A stretch of 64,000 nucleotides of DNA from Octopus sinensis (GCF_006345805.1 NC_043008.1:20708001-20772000), one strand, 5' to 3'; counted from the first letter of the stretch, positions 38,341 through 52,030 are shown. A program made the numbers and translations. The notes: generated from the sequence alone by a model not told the origin.

Positions 38341-38788
38341 TTTAAGAGGTGGTGAGGAGCCCAGTTCTAAGCTGTGAAGTAACCAGCATACAGGAGCAGC
38401 TAATGTTAAGGTGGTGTATCTGGGTTGTAGGCGTCCAGTAGCTTGAAGGTCACCAAGAGGGTGTACTTCTGATGGTAGCAATAAGATCGTTCGTATTTTC
38501 CGTTAATAAATACTGCAGCTTGGGGGAGACTGATAACTTATGGAGGCACCTCTCTCTAGAGTATTCTTCTTACCCCTACCTTCCCCTCACTACCACACCT
38601 ATCCTCCCACCAGCAATGCTGTTACAACTACACGAGCATACATGTGTTCACCCGTATACATAAATACCAGAAGCATGTAAATATATAATATATATATATT
38701 GATAGAAATGGTAAAAGAGCAAAATAATGAAAGAGACCTCGATATTATGTAAATAGAGGAATTTATCTGTTTTGTCACATCTTATATT

Positions 38789-38961
38789 ATATGTGACAAT
38801 TATTCGGTAGCCATGGTAAAACTTCGAGTTTCGGAAGTCGGTGTGGAAATCCACGCCGACATCTCTTCAGTTTTCCGGCCAACTGAAGAGATGGCGGCGT
38901 GGATTTCCACCTCGACATCCGAAACTCGAAGCTTTATCATGGCCACCGAATTGTCACATAT
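38789..38961. repeat. Long inverted repeat (arms about 82 bp, 8-nt loop) with hammerhead-like cores in both arms
   Basis: Arms 38789-38872 and 38881-38961 differ at about 7 positions plus one 3-nt indel. Confidence 0.92.
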
Positions 38962-38993
38962 TACATTTAAATATATATATAATATATATATAT

Positions 38994-39046
<53 letters not shown>

Positions 39047-39577
39047 GGTATGTATAAATACACGCACACTCGAGACAAACACACACACATATGAACACAT
39101 GTTCTTTCCGTGCAAATGAGGCAATTTCGCGAACACATGCGTATATAGCAGACACTAACGCACGTGGATTCACACGCACACACACACGCACACACACACA
39201 CACAACACAAACATTTATACAGACCAATAACACACCCACATCCACACATATATATACCTGGTATACAGATGCGCGCTTGTACGCACTCTTGAGCTTGCAT
39301 CTCTTTCCCAGACAGCAAAGCGCTATCAGCTTCCTGTTCAGCCACGAAGTTTTGTGTCGCTGAATTGCCGATCTTAACTCTAGCAATTACCAGCATCCAC
39401 CTTGACTAAAAGCAGCTCATTTTTCAGTTGCCATCTTGGACTACCTGTTTTCCTCTATTCGTTAACCTAAGCCTGAACAAGCTTGGATTCTGTTGGAGGC
39501 CTACGAATCTGTAATACGCCTACTTGTTGTTACTACACCTGTCTTCGTCTTTTGTTTTCTGTAAATTTGAAAAATAT

Positions 39578-39928
39578 ACTCTCTTTACTCTTTTTACTCT
39601 TTTACTTGCTTCAGTCATTTGACTGCGGCTATGCTGGAGTACCGACTGTGGTCGAGCAAATCGAACCAGGACTTATTCTTTGGACGTCTAGTACTTATTC
39701 TATCGGTTACTTTTGCCGAACCACTAAGTTACGCGGACGTCAACACACCAGCATCGGTTGTCAATCGATGTTGGGGGACAAACACAGACACAGACATATA
39801 CACACACATACATATACACACACATATATATATATATGTATATACGACGTGCTTCTTTCAGTTTCCGTCTACCAAATCCACTCACAAGGCTTTGGTCGGC
39901 CCGAGGCTATAGTAGAAGACACTTGCCC
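39578..39928 (-). mobile_element. SINE family A, 5'-truncated
   Basis: Tail and body present. Confidence 0.88.
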
Positions 39929-41189
39929 ATTAGATTCATAGCAATTCGGTAAATTTGTAGAGTACTGAAGCAAAATGAAACGATAAAATTGTCTGGTGAG
40001 CGCATATTTTTTAATAACACCATGAATCCTTAAGTAAAGGTATTACGATGCTAAATTTCTAAGGAAATCAACTTTCTTGAAGGAAACATTTTTTTTTTTT
40101 TTTCGTTGCATCTTCTTAAAGTAATTTGTTCAAACTAGTCATTCGTGTCATTTTATTGACCTTGAATACCAACAAACCCCGAGAGAAAGTGTGTACCGCT
40201 CTTGCTAACTCGTAATAGGATTAAATTCTAATTATTACAATTAGTATTTCGCTTTTCCTCTCTAAATTCAGTTAATTATTGATCATAATAAATTACAATA
40301 GTGACACTTTTTTTAAAATTCTCCCCATACACTGATACTTGTATTGCATTTCTGCCTTTTATTTCGATCGACCTAAGAAATTTCTGGTACAATATAATCG
40401 TTCAAGATCCTGCAAAGTGGTTTCCAGGCATGCTCTACACTATCAATAATTAATACACCTCTTATGTGTTTAAATGTAGACTGTATTTTATATCAATAAT
40501 ATAGTCTATTGACTAATTTTTCTACACGCTAGGCCACAGGTACTAAACATTTCTAAAATCGTTATTACCCTGATATTAATTATTGATAAATTTTTCTGGA
40601 AAACTTTTCGAAGAAATGCCGGTAAATGTGTTTTTTTTTTTCTTTTGCTGCCGACAAAAAACTGCGTTTGCGCGGTGGCTTTGAATAATTATAATGTATA
40701 AAATCAAGAGACACGTGCTGGATTTGCCTCGCATTTATATGTTTAATCTAGGCGTGCCTGTTGATGAAAACCTCGCCAAACAAATTATTTAATTTGCTAA
40801 AAAAAACATCAGAAACCACGGTCCAGGAGACAGATGGTAAATGTTTTTAATTTTCATTCCCTTCGGGTTTTTTTCTCTAATAGTGGTTTGGACTTTAGCT
40901 GGTCGTTCTAGCGTGCAAGGAATCCTATGATGGATACCTCTTATGTACACTGTATTTATATGAATAATATATAGACAACTGACTAATTTTCCTGCATGCT
41001 AGGCCACAGGTTGTAAAGTTTTCTAAAATCTGTATTACCCTGATATTATTAATATATATATAGATAGAGAGAGAGAAAGAGAGAGAGAGGGGAGAAGGAG
41101 AGGCATATTTTGTTATCAAGATGTAACCACATGTGAATCGTTGGCGATTTTTTTTTCGTCTGTCTACTTTTTCTATTCGACTTTCCTCC

Positions 41190-41224
41190 GTTTCTGAAGA
41201 AGAGCTTTGCTCGAAACGTTAAAC
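41190..41224 (+). ncRNA. Minimal type I hammerhead ribozyme motif
   Basis: GTTT-CTGAAGA-A-GAGC(TTT)GCTC-GAAA-C-GTT-AAAC: stem I GTTT/AAAC, stem II 4 bp, extra A after A9, GUU triplet. Confidence 0.65.
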
Positions 41225-41689
41225 CACTTTTCTTTCCTTCCCTGAGCGCCTGCTAATACTTTTACATGTATCACGGACTTCACGTTGTTGCTTTTTGTCT
41301 GCTCTTCGTTTTTCATTTACTATATATATATGTGTGCGTGTGTGTATGTGTGTGTAGATATACATATATAGATATATATATAATAGACAGCTAGGTGCAA
41401 TATAAAATATAAAACCATACAGAAAATATATGTATGTATATGTATATATATTCTATTTTTTATTCTTTTATTTGTTTCAGTCATTCGATTGCGGCCATGC
41501 TGGAGCACTGCCTTTGGTCGAACAAATCGACCCCCAGGACTTATTCTTTGTTAGGCTAGTACTTATTCTATAGGTCTCTTTTGCCGAACCGCAAATAACC
41601 GTAAAGTAAAAATCAAATCGTCGCCAATTGTGAGTGGGAGGGCTGAATGACATCTATATTGCAAGAAATAACAATGAAAATCCTTAAAG

Positions 41690-41755
<66 letters not shown>

Positions 41756-42645
41756 CTAGAGATATACATACATACATACATTTTTACATACATACATACA
41801 TACATACATGCATACATGCATACATACATCCATCCATACATCATACATACATACATACATACATACATACATACATACATACATACATACGTATACTATC
41901 TAATATGGAAGAGTGAGAGTGAGTGCTCAACACCGCTTTGGGGAATAAATGTTCTTTCTTTCTGGGTCGACAAGGCTAACACATTTTTCATGAGAATAAC
42001 TTCTACAATTGTTGAAGCATACCACATGGGAACATTAGTACATACCTCCATTACAAACACGCACACACACGCATATACATATACAAATGTATAATTATAG
42101 ATGTGTGCGTGTCTGTGTTTAAATTCTGCACCTTCTGTGACATATATCTGTCTGTGTATGTGTATGTAGGAGCCGTACATACACGTATGCATATTTGCAT
42201 CCCTTATAACTGATATAGTGATGTTTGTTTTGTTTTGGTTTGGTTTTTTTGTGTGCTATTCCCCGTTTCTCATCTGTAACTGTCACTCAAGTATGGGGTC
42301 ATTTACTTTTAATTTTCTTCATCAGAATTTAATAAACATTTAAGTTATTGATTACAGCTATTCACAGTATAAAAGTAGAAGAAAATTCGCCTTTGCAATG
42401 TTGCCTCATGCTCATACGGAAACAAATGTTATATAAGATATTTGTATAGACTAAAGCATTTCAAATTTGGTTCAGGAAATATATACATGGAAACGACTAC
42501 TTGATAATCAAGATGAAACTTTCTCCAACTCATACATCATCATTAAATTGCATTGATTTCGATGTGTACGAAAATATCTGTGCGTGTGTGTGTTAGTGTG
42601 TGTATAAGTGTGGGTGTAACTCTATGTTTATATATCCATGCAGAT

Positions 42646-42681
<36 letters not shown>

Positions 42682-42831
42682 TATATATATATATATGTAT
42701 GTATGTATATATATATATATATAATATATATATATATACTAATACAATTGTTCGTTTGTTTTCCACCTGCCTTCGTCTTTTGTTTATTTTCATAAAGCTT
42801 CCCGTTATATATATATATATATGTCTGCATG

Positions 42832-42876
<45 letters not shown>

Positions 42877-42982
42877 ACATACATATATAACATATATGCA
42901 TATATACATATATACATATATATACATAGACACTCATACAAATTTTCAGACATACATACATATATGCATATACATATGTATA

Positions 42983-43015
<33 letters not shown>

Positions 43016-43527
43016 TATATATATATAAATATATATATATACATATATACATGCATACATACCACAACCACACACAACACATAAATATATATATATATAT
43101 ATAATATATATATATATATACTATGTATACGACGTAAGAAGGCAGCTAAGCAATAATGGAGCAGCTACAGTTTCGATAATTAAGTTATAGTCAATAAGCA
43201 AAATTCGACTCCAACTTCATTCCTCATTAATTCTCTCTATTTTGAGCTATTGTAAGAAGTCTTTTTGGCAGAGGAAAATGAAAAATATTTATTCAATCTT
43301 TCTCAATGAAATAAAGCAGCAGGTGAAGTAGAAACGATATTTCTCAAGGTAATGCAATAAACATTTGAAATTACACAAAACCCCGCATTTACACACGAAT
43401 GTACGCACCCACGCACACACATACAACAACACAACCATACAAACTCGCTCACAGTTACCTGTGCTTATAAGATAATATATATACCTTATAAATATATATA
43501 TGATATATATATATATATATATATATA

Positions 43528-44220
43528 TGTAAGTATATGTACACACACTGCATATATATACATATATATATATGTGTGTGTGTGTATATGTATGTATGTA
43601 TATATCTATATATATATATATGTAAGTATATGTACACACACTGCATATATATACATTATATATATATGTGTGTGTGTATATGTATGTATGTATATATCTA
43701 TATATATATATATGTAAGTATATATACACACACTGCATATATATACATATATATATATATGTGTGTGTGTGTATATGTATGTATGTATATATCTATATAT
43801 ATATATGTAAGTATATATACACCACACTGCATATATACATATATATATGTGTGTGGTATATGTATGTATGTATATATCTATATATATATATATGTAAGTA
43901 TATGTACACACACTGCATATATATACATATATATATGTGTGTGTGTATATGTATGTATGTATATATCTATATATATATATATGTAAGTTAATACACACAC
44001 TGCATATATATACATATTATATATATGTGTGTGTGTATATGTATGTATGTATATATCTATATATATATATGTAAGTATATATACACACACTGCATATATA
44101 TACATATATATATATGTGTGTGTGTATATGTATGTATGTATATATCTATATATATATATATGTAAGTATATGTACACACACTGCATATATATACATATAT
44201 ATATATGTGTGTGTGTGTTA
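43528..44220. repeat. Minisatellite, 8 copies of about 90 bp built from microsatellite modules
   Basis: TGTAAGT anchors at 43528, 43621, 43713, 43806, 43893, 43982, 44070 and 44161. Confidence 0.92.
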
Positions 44221-44228
44221 TATGTATG

Positions 44229-44264
<36 letters not shown>

Positions 44265-44306
44265 TATATATAATATATATAATATATATATGTATCGAAG
44301 TATGGT

Positions 44307-44344
<38 letters not shown>

Positions 44345-44387
44345 GTTGTATATATATATTATATATATATATATCTATATATATATG

Positions 44388-44422
<35 letters not shown>

Positions 44423-44510
44423 ATTATCTGTATATATATATATATATATATGTATGTATATATATGTATCATATATATATATCTGTATATATTATATATA
44501 TATATTATAT

Positions 44511-44559
<49 letters not shown>

Positions 44560-44954
44560 ATGTGATGTGTATGTACTTGTGTTTGTGTGTTCCGCTACCT
44601 TGTGTCTCTCTGGTTCAGTGTTCTGTATATAGGCGTTACGTATTATCATTCTGAAATAACAGAATTTAAATTATGACAGAGTTCAGACTTAACCTGCCAA
44701 GTGTATTATTGAGTTGAAACGTTATTTCATTGAAGTTAATACTTGCAACTTAACACTAAGAGGGTTGTCACTACTTTGCATAAGAACACACGCACACTCA
44801 CTCACACGCAGACACATGCACACGCTTACGCGCACTCACAAGTAGTTGCACTCGTACATAGTTTTCTTCATACTGTCTTATAAACATGGTTACATAGAAC
44901 AACATTGATTTCTCTGTCTATAAATTTGCATATATTGATCATTAACACATACAT

Positions 44955-45660
44955 GAACGTATGTATGTATGTATGTATGTATGTATGTATGTATGTATGT
45001 ATGCATGTATGTATGCATGGGTGTATGTATGTATGTATGTATATATATATGTATGTATGTATGTATATATGTATGCATGTATGTATGTATGTATTTATGT
45101 ATGTATGAGTGTATGTATGTGTGTATGCATGTATGTATGCACGTATGTATGTATGTATATATGTATGTATGTATATATGTATGTATGTTTGTATGTACGT
45201 ATGTTTGTATGTATGTACGTATGTATGTATGAATGTACGTATGTATGTATGTATGTATGTATATATATATGTATGTATGTATGCATATATGTATGTATGT
45301 ATTTATGTATGTATGTATGAGTGTATGTATGTATGTATGCATGTATGTATGCACGTATGTATGTATATATGTATTTATGTATATATGTATGTATGTATGT
45401 ATGTATTTATGTATGTATGTATGTATGTATGTATGTATGCATGCACATATGTATGTATGAGTGTAGTATGTATGTATGTATGTATATATATATGTATGTA
45501 TGTATATATGTATGTATGTATGTACTTATGTATGTATGAGTGTATGTATGTATGTATGCATGTATGTATGCACGTATGTATGTATGTATATATGTATTTA
45601 TGTATATATGTATGTATGTTTGTATGTATGTATGTTTGTATGTATGTACGTATGTATGTA
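44955..45660. repeat. (TATG)n array with recurring variant blocks
   Basis: ATGAGTGT and GCATGTATGTATGCACG blocks recur. Confidence 0.92.
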
Positions 45661-46470
45661 AGCGTAAGAGTGACAGTGTGGTAAGTAGCTTGCTTACGAA
45701 CCACACGGTTCCGGGTTCAGTCCCACTGTGTGGCACCTTGGGTAAGTGTCTACTACTATTGCCTGGGGCCGACCGAAGCCTTGAGAATGGATTTGGTAGA
45801 CGGACACTGAAAGAAGTCCGTCATATATATATGTACTAGCAGTATCGCCCGGCGTTGCTCAGGTTTGTAAGGGAAATAACTATAAAGCATTTTTAGAGAG
45901 TTATAGCCAAAAAATAGCAAAAAAATGGAAAAAAAATGATGGTAAATTTTTTTTGATAGTTAAAAAAGGTGGAGTTGCGTCCCCTACACAGTTGTGTTTG
46001 TGTTTGCCTGATTCTCGACCCCATGTCGAATTTATCGATTTTTTTCAGAACTGGGGGAACTTTTCAAAATTTTCGCTGCGTTAGTTTTGAATTATGACAT
46101 TGGGCTATGTGTGAGTCAAGTTTCATCAGAATCGGTTGAAAGCCGTGGTCAGGGTGAGGGCACAAGCAAACAGACACACAGAAACACGCACAGACAAACT
46201 GCCGTTTATATAGAGAGATATATATATATATATAAATGCATGTGTGTATATATGTTTGTGTGTCTGTGTTTGTCCGCCCAACATCGCTTGACAACCGATG
46301 CTGGTGTGTTTACGTCCCGTAACTTATCAGTTCGGCAAAACAAACCGATAGAATAAGTGCTAGGCTTACAAAGAATAAGACCTGGGGTCGATTTGCTCGA
46401 CTAAAAGGCGGTGCTCCAGCATGGCCACAGCTAAATGACTGAAACAAGTAAAAGAGTAAAAGAGTAAGAG
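45661..46470 (+). mobile_element. SINE family A split by a Helitron-like insertion
   Basis: 5' half 45661-45830 and 3' half about 46230-46470. Confidence 0.85.
45836..46218 (-). mobile_element. Non-autonomous Helitron-like element (Lep1/HINE-type architecture)
   Basis: Minus strand starts TC, ends CTAG with a GC hairpin just upstream, sits between A and T; AAGTTTCATCAGAATCGGTT and (ACAG)-rich segments. Confidence 0.75.
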
Positions 46471-47360
46471 CATGTATGTATGTATGTATGTATGTATGTA
46501 AGTATGTATGTATGTATGTATGTATGTATGTATGTATATATGTATGTATGGAAGGATGTATGTATGTACACAAAGGACATTTTTTAAAAGATAACTGAAA
46601 AATTACATTTCTCCGTTCCAATCATTACATGTGGTAAGCATAACATATTTCCGTCCTCCAAGCTGCATGAATAATTCAGGTTCCTAGTTTTTCCGCCAGT
46701 AGAGTAACTTGAAAATTATCAAAGAAGACCATGTTCTTACTCAGAGTATATGAAAGAAAGCATGGACGCTCAGGGCAAACATATGAAAATATTTTAGACA
46801 ACATAAAGCTACACATTGTATTGCCCATTAGACGAAATATGACGACATACGGAAAATATTTTATTTTTCGTTCTTTAAATTAAATCTCTATTTTTGTATG
46901 AAATAAATTCATTATATATTCCTGTATAATTAATTGTACAATATTTTAAATAACTGAAAATTATTTTTTTATCAGATGAAATTATATTAAAACTTGAGAA
47001 ATTAATGGAATAGAGCGTCACAAATTTATCACTGTCATGTTTGTTCTATTAACAACATTTCTTATTTTTATTTAAATGTTTCTCAGAAGAATTATTTGCA
47101 TTAGAATATTTATAACTTCATAAAAACTCATTTTGGTTTCGGTAGTTTCTGAAATTTTCTACATAGGCGAAGGCATAATGGTGTGGTTAAGAACACAGTT
47201 TGCGATCACATACTTTCGGTTTCAGTCGCGTTGCATTGTTCTTTAGCCCAAAACCCTCTACTATTGCTTCAGGGCATAAATACCTTGCGAGTTAAATTGG
47301 TGGAGAGAGCTGCGTAGAAGTCCGTCGTAATATTTATACATACATACATGCACACATATA

Positions 47361-47394
<34 letters not shown>

Positions 47395-47407
47395 CATACA
47401 TACATAC

Positions 47408-47442
<35 letters not shown>

Positions 47443-47459
47443 ATATATATATATATATC

Positions 47460-47516
<57 letters not shown>

Positions 47517-47562
47517 AATGAAAGAATGGAGTCGAACGAAGATGTTAACAAAATTCCTTTAC

Positions 47563-47642
47563 TCCCGACATATGTTTCGAAGACAGCATGTTTTCATTCC
47601 AAAGGAATAAAGGGTGCATTATGCAATCCTCTCATCAGGAAA
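47563..47642 (-). ncRNA. Type I hammerhead ribozyme with a canonical core
   Basis: Minus strand TTTC-CTGATGA-GAGGAT..GTCTTC-GAAA-C-ATAT-GTC-GGGA; stem II 6 bp carrying two further hairpins; palindromic ACATATGT; predicted cleavage between 47567 and 47566. Confidence 0.85.
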
Positions 47643-49405
47643 GAAAGGGAGCCTCTCTCGACAACAAGACAAACAAAAATTTCGATGACTGCCTACATGG
47701 TAAACAAAACGATTATGAGTGTTTTTTAAAAAAACCGTTAGAAGAATTGACGTCAAAGATAGATAGTAGGAAGAGAAGGGTTAAAGGAATAATAGGTAGG
47801 GAACAAGTGGAGGGGGAAGGGTACTATTGTTTGTTTTTATGTTATAATAGAAGCACTTTTACATTAAATTGAAGGATTAGTGAATACATTTCGTAGAGTA
47901 TATTAATGTTGCACAATATTTTTTTAGCTTTTCTATTTTGCATGATTCTTGATGTGAATTCGTGTGTTGAAACAAATCTTGATTTGTCATGGGAAATTCA
48001 TTACGCCAGCTATAAAACACAGGCACTGGTACGTGCGTGTGTTTATTAGTAATGACATAATGACCGTCCCAAAATATTTTAGTTCTTTCTTTAAATCACA
48101 AAAAATGCATATTATTTAATTTTCTGTTTCATCTTCAGTTGCAATATTTTCTTTAAATTTCCATTTCTTGTCATGAACTTTCCCATATTTTATCAATTAA
48201 GAATAGTATCCCTTCTACGACTGTATTTCAAAATTATTGTAGGCAAGTAAATATAGATTTGCAAAAAAAAAACAAAAAACAAATTATATCAAAATGCCAA
48301 AGAGGGAGCCGAAACGAAGGGGGAAAACGCCAATATAGCAGCATCAGCTGTAGGAGCAGTGGACTTGAATCCTTTCAGCCAGAATTTGCAACGAATATGA
48401 GTTAACCAGCTTGAGTAAATAGAACCTGATTACGTCACCTTGTCAGAAACACAGTAGTACATCACGAGCCTTGTCATGTATCATCACCAAAATAGAAAAC
48501 AAAACGCTTGAATCCCCTATGATAAATGAAGCATCGGAAAGTCAGCATCCGAACACTGCATGTGAACTTACTTGACTGAAATTGTCTCTATATTTGCAGC
48601 CAGATATTGCTAGCATACACTTGATGAAGTTTCGTCGAAGTGAATTCACTGGTCGAGTATTTTCTAGTTGGCTCACTTGAAGTGTCAAGTAGTTGGCACA
48701 TGAGGCGTTGCTTGCTATATGGATGTGTTGAGAAAGATGGTAATAAGGTAGCGCAGAATATAGAGAGAGACGAAATGAAATCAATGGCCTCGAGCCGTGA
48801 CGATAGATGGCCAAAGAGTAGTTGGTGGTGGATGCAGTACACATAGATTCATCAGATGTATATGAAAGAGGCAGTGAAATGAGATGAGCAAGAGTTGAGA
48901 GAAATGAATAGTAGAACGAATGGAATCTATGGAGAGAATTTTTGATATAAAGTGTATCCTAGGCGGCAACGATGGACCATATATGAGTGATTTACATCTT
49001 GGAAAGGAACATAATGGGAGTTTTGTGTTTTATTTATAAGGACTGCAATCATGAATGATGGAAAAATGAAAGAAGAGCATTAGATTTGGTCTGTGAATAG
49101 GAAGAAATGTCTGTTAGTAAGAGATAATCTGTAAATGCGTTGAAATATAGAGGTAAATGTGTTAAAATTAATGCTGAATAGGAAAAAGAGGTATTGTAAA
49201 TATTCAAATGATTAATATAAGTGGAACAAAATGTATGCAGAGTAGGCAATAAATTTACGAAATAAACGAGATAAAAGTTGTAAATTTTGATTTTGTTGCT
49301 CGATGTGACGGTCATGTTGGTGATGGCAGCGGTAATGACGATTTTTCTGCTATTTTTGCCAGGATAATCTCCACTCTACACACAATGTATATGAGGCAGT
49401 GTTAC

Positions 49406-49530
49406 CTAATATATTTGCTGTCTTTGTTTTTAGTTTGTACAGTCAATATGGTATCACCTGAAAGAGATTTGGCTCCTATTATTAACACACCGAGCCAGCA
49501 TTCAGACCTTCCTTCGCTGGCACGAGATGT
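49406..49530 (-). pseudogene. Exon-like segment
   Basis: Open frame VTSRASEGRSECWLGVLIIGAKSLSGDTILTVQTKNKDSKYIR ending at donor TAG|GTAACA (49404-49405). Confidence 0.35.
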
Positions 49531-50474
49531 GACAGATTACAGAATATTATTATGTAATAAAACAAAAAGGGAGACCAAGCAATGACGAAAAATATGTGCA
49601 TATTAATAGCAAGTGACAGAAAGGGCAAAAGAGAAATTGTTAACCCGCTTATGTTTAATATCTCTGAAATGATAAAATTTTCTCTGGCGTCAAAGCCAAT
49701 TGTAAAAACTATAAAACAATAAATACAAGCTTTTGTGTCCATTGTTAGTGGGAGAACAAACAATAATATAAAGTTGGCAGAAAAGCAGATCAGTAGAATA
49801 AATAATCGATTTACAGTAATTAGTCTTTCTATATATATAACTAAATACTATGTTCAACTTCACCTTTTGGCTCGCTAATGTCTATGAAATAAGTAACAGT
49901 AAAATCTAGGCGTCACTGTAGTCGGTAGTATCCTATTTATTTTCTTAATTAGCCAAAATATAATGGAATTTTACATGCACATTAAAAGTACATCGCTGAT
50001 TTAAGAAAAGATGCAGCTACTTTCACAAGCAAACCAGTTTGGTATGTTTTTTAGTAATTCATTTAAGCACACAGATTTCGCGACTTGATATTAAATTCTT
50101 TCCTAAAATTTGTGGCAGACCGTTTAGATGTTAATTTTGTCCTTCATTTTATCTCACAGGAATCGAAATTGCCTTCCACGCATTCCTTTCAACAAAGCAA
50201 CATATTAAGCTACAGATATCTACAAATACAGACATAACAAACAATATATTGGGAGCTGTCTTTAAGGACTTGATCATTACCGAAAATGAAGGAGTTGGTT
50301 CAGGGGACGTCGTTCATGGGAATCATTTTACTATAAGCTAGTGGACTATGTCTAGATATTTGAAATAAGTTTCCATGCCTCTTACAGTTGCTACTCATTG
50401 CCTGGAGAACTTCGTCATATTTATGTTTAATGATCAACATAAATGACTTTAGGATGCGTTTAACTCGAATTACC

Positions 50475-50774
50475 TACGTCTCACACCTTTTTAATACAAG
50501 ATAGACAAAGCCTGCGTTAAGGAGCTGGCAACGGACCCCAGACAGTATCGCACATTAGGGGAAGACATACGAAACTTCAACTTCTCTTGAGGTTATGTGA
50601 TATATTCTCGTTACATGCAGTTACTAAAATATCTGTCAGTAATCAGATTAAACTAGAAATCCATGAAGATACCAATTGCTCTCCAAATGGAGAAAAGGTT
50701 ACAAAAACGGAAAAGATAAAACGCTTATGCGGGAACACTCTTACTTTGCTTTGCACATCTTTGAAGCCTTGCAT
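50475..50774 (-). pseudogene. Decayed exon-like segment, beta-sandwich repeat-like
   Basis: MQGFKDVQSKVRVFPHKRFIFSVFVTFSPFGEQLVS parallels YIYRRGERFPFTINMKVPFG at 16.9 kb; donor TAG|GTAATT near 50475; stops. Confidence 0.4.
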
Positions 50775-52030
50775 TCATTGATATTTCATTCTTGGAAAAG
50801 CCCAACCTTTCTCTGGCCTGACCACATTCCGTCTCTCACGGAGGAAGAGAGAGGTGAGAGAGACGGTTGGACATAATCGATATCAGAGCATGTTGTATGG
50901 ACCACTGAAATGATGACAGGCAAAATTACCATCTGGGTGATTCGAACACAAGAAATGGAAAGCAGTAATGTATAATGCTAAGTATTCTATCTGGCATTCC
51001 AGTAACCCTACCTATTCAAATTCGGGAACTTTCCAAGACTATTGATTTCATCAATAAAGATATTACCCCAAGTGGACTGTAAATGTACAGTCAAAGACGA
51101 AATTATCCATTTCTACCATATCTTATCTTTTCGAATCTATTTCTACCATAACTATTGCGGTCATCTCATGACCTTAAGTTTTGCACTTCATCTCCCATTC
51201 CCCGGTGTTGCTCAACCGCCTTCATTGTCGTATTTCATTATTTCTTTCATCTAGGGATTCGATATGCATAATAATATTCTTTAGAGTTCATGTACCACAG
51301 TGTGTCGTTCTACGTGATTAAATTATTGCACATTTTTCGCCTTTCAATAACTGAGGGAAATTGATTCGAAATTCACATGCGCCATTTTGTTTTAAGAATT
51401 CCAATGGATAACAGAATCATTTTTCTACAAGTTTTACAAATTAGCGAATAATCTTACTCATAGTTAGACGTTTCATTTTATATTTCAATACATGTCTCCA
51501 GCACAGTTAAAACCAAAGAAAATCAGATGAAAAAAAAATATCTCTTCGCAACTTCACTGAATGTAAGAAATAACACAACAAACGAGATTACTATTGAGAA
51601 CAATATTCCATTGAATCGAAAACTAACGTTTGTACTAGAACAAATGTGGAATAAGCGTCTGCATGGACGAGAATAAAAGACGTCAGATAGCAAGAACACG
51701 AACAATATAAGAAATATATTAGATTATATATATCTATATATGTGTTTTAGAATTTTACTTGTAACATTATTGGGGCTTTTTTTTTCTTCTTTAATGATGA
51801 CGTTATTGTTTTTCTTGTTCATCTTTTTCTTGTATACGGAAACCTGTAATTCTCCAATCCACTGGGAATCGATATAGTCTTCGAAGTATGATATACGTAG
51901 TAAGCAACTAGACAACACAATTATGTTACAAACACTCACTGTTTACAGTGTATTGGTGTATTGTTTATATATATATATATACATATATATATATAAATAT
52001 ATGATTATATATATGTATATCTATATACAT

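Noticed and set aside
37671-44220. CRISPR-like arrays
   Set aside because: Eukaryotic context; the repeats are tandem without unique spacers and there are no cas genes
48380-48850. Possible LINE endonuclease or ORF1 remnants (PDYVTLSET)
   Set aside because: Too degenerate, and the candidate motifs lie on opposite strands
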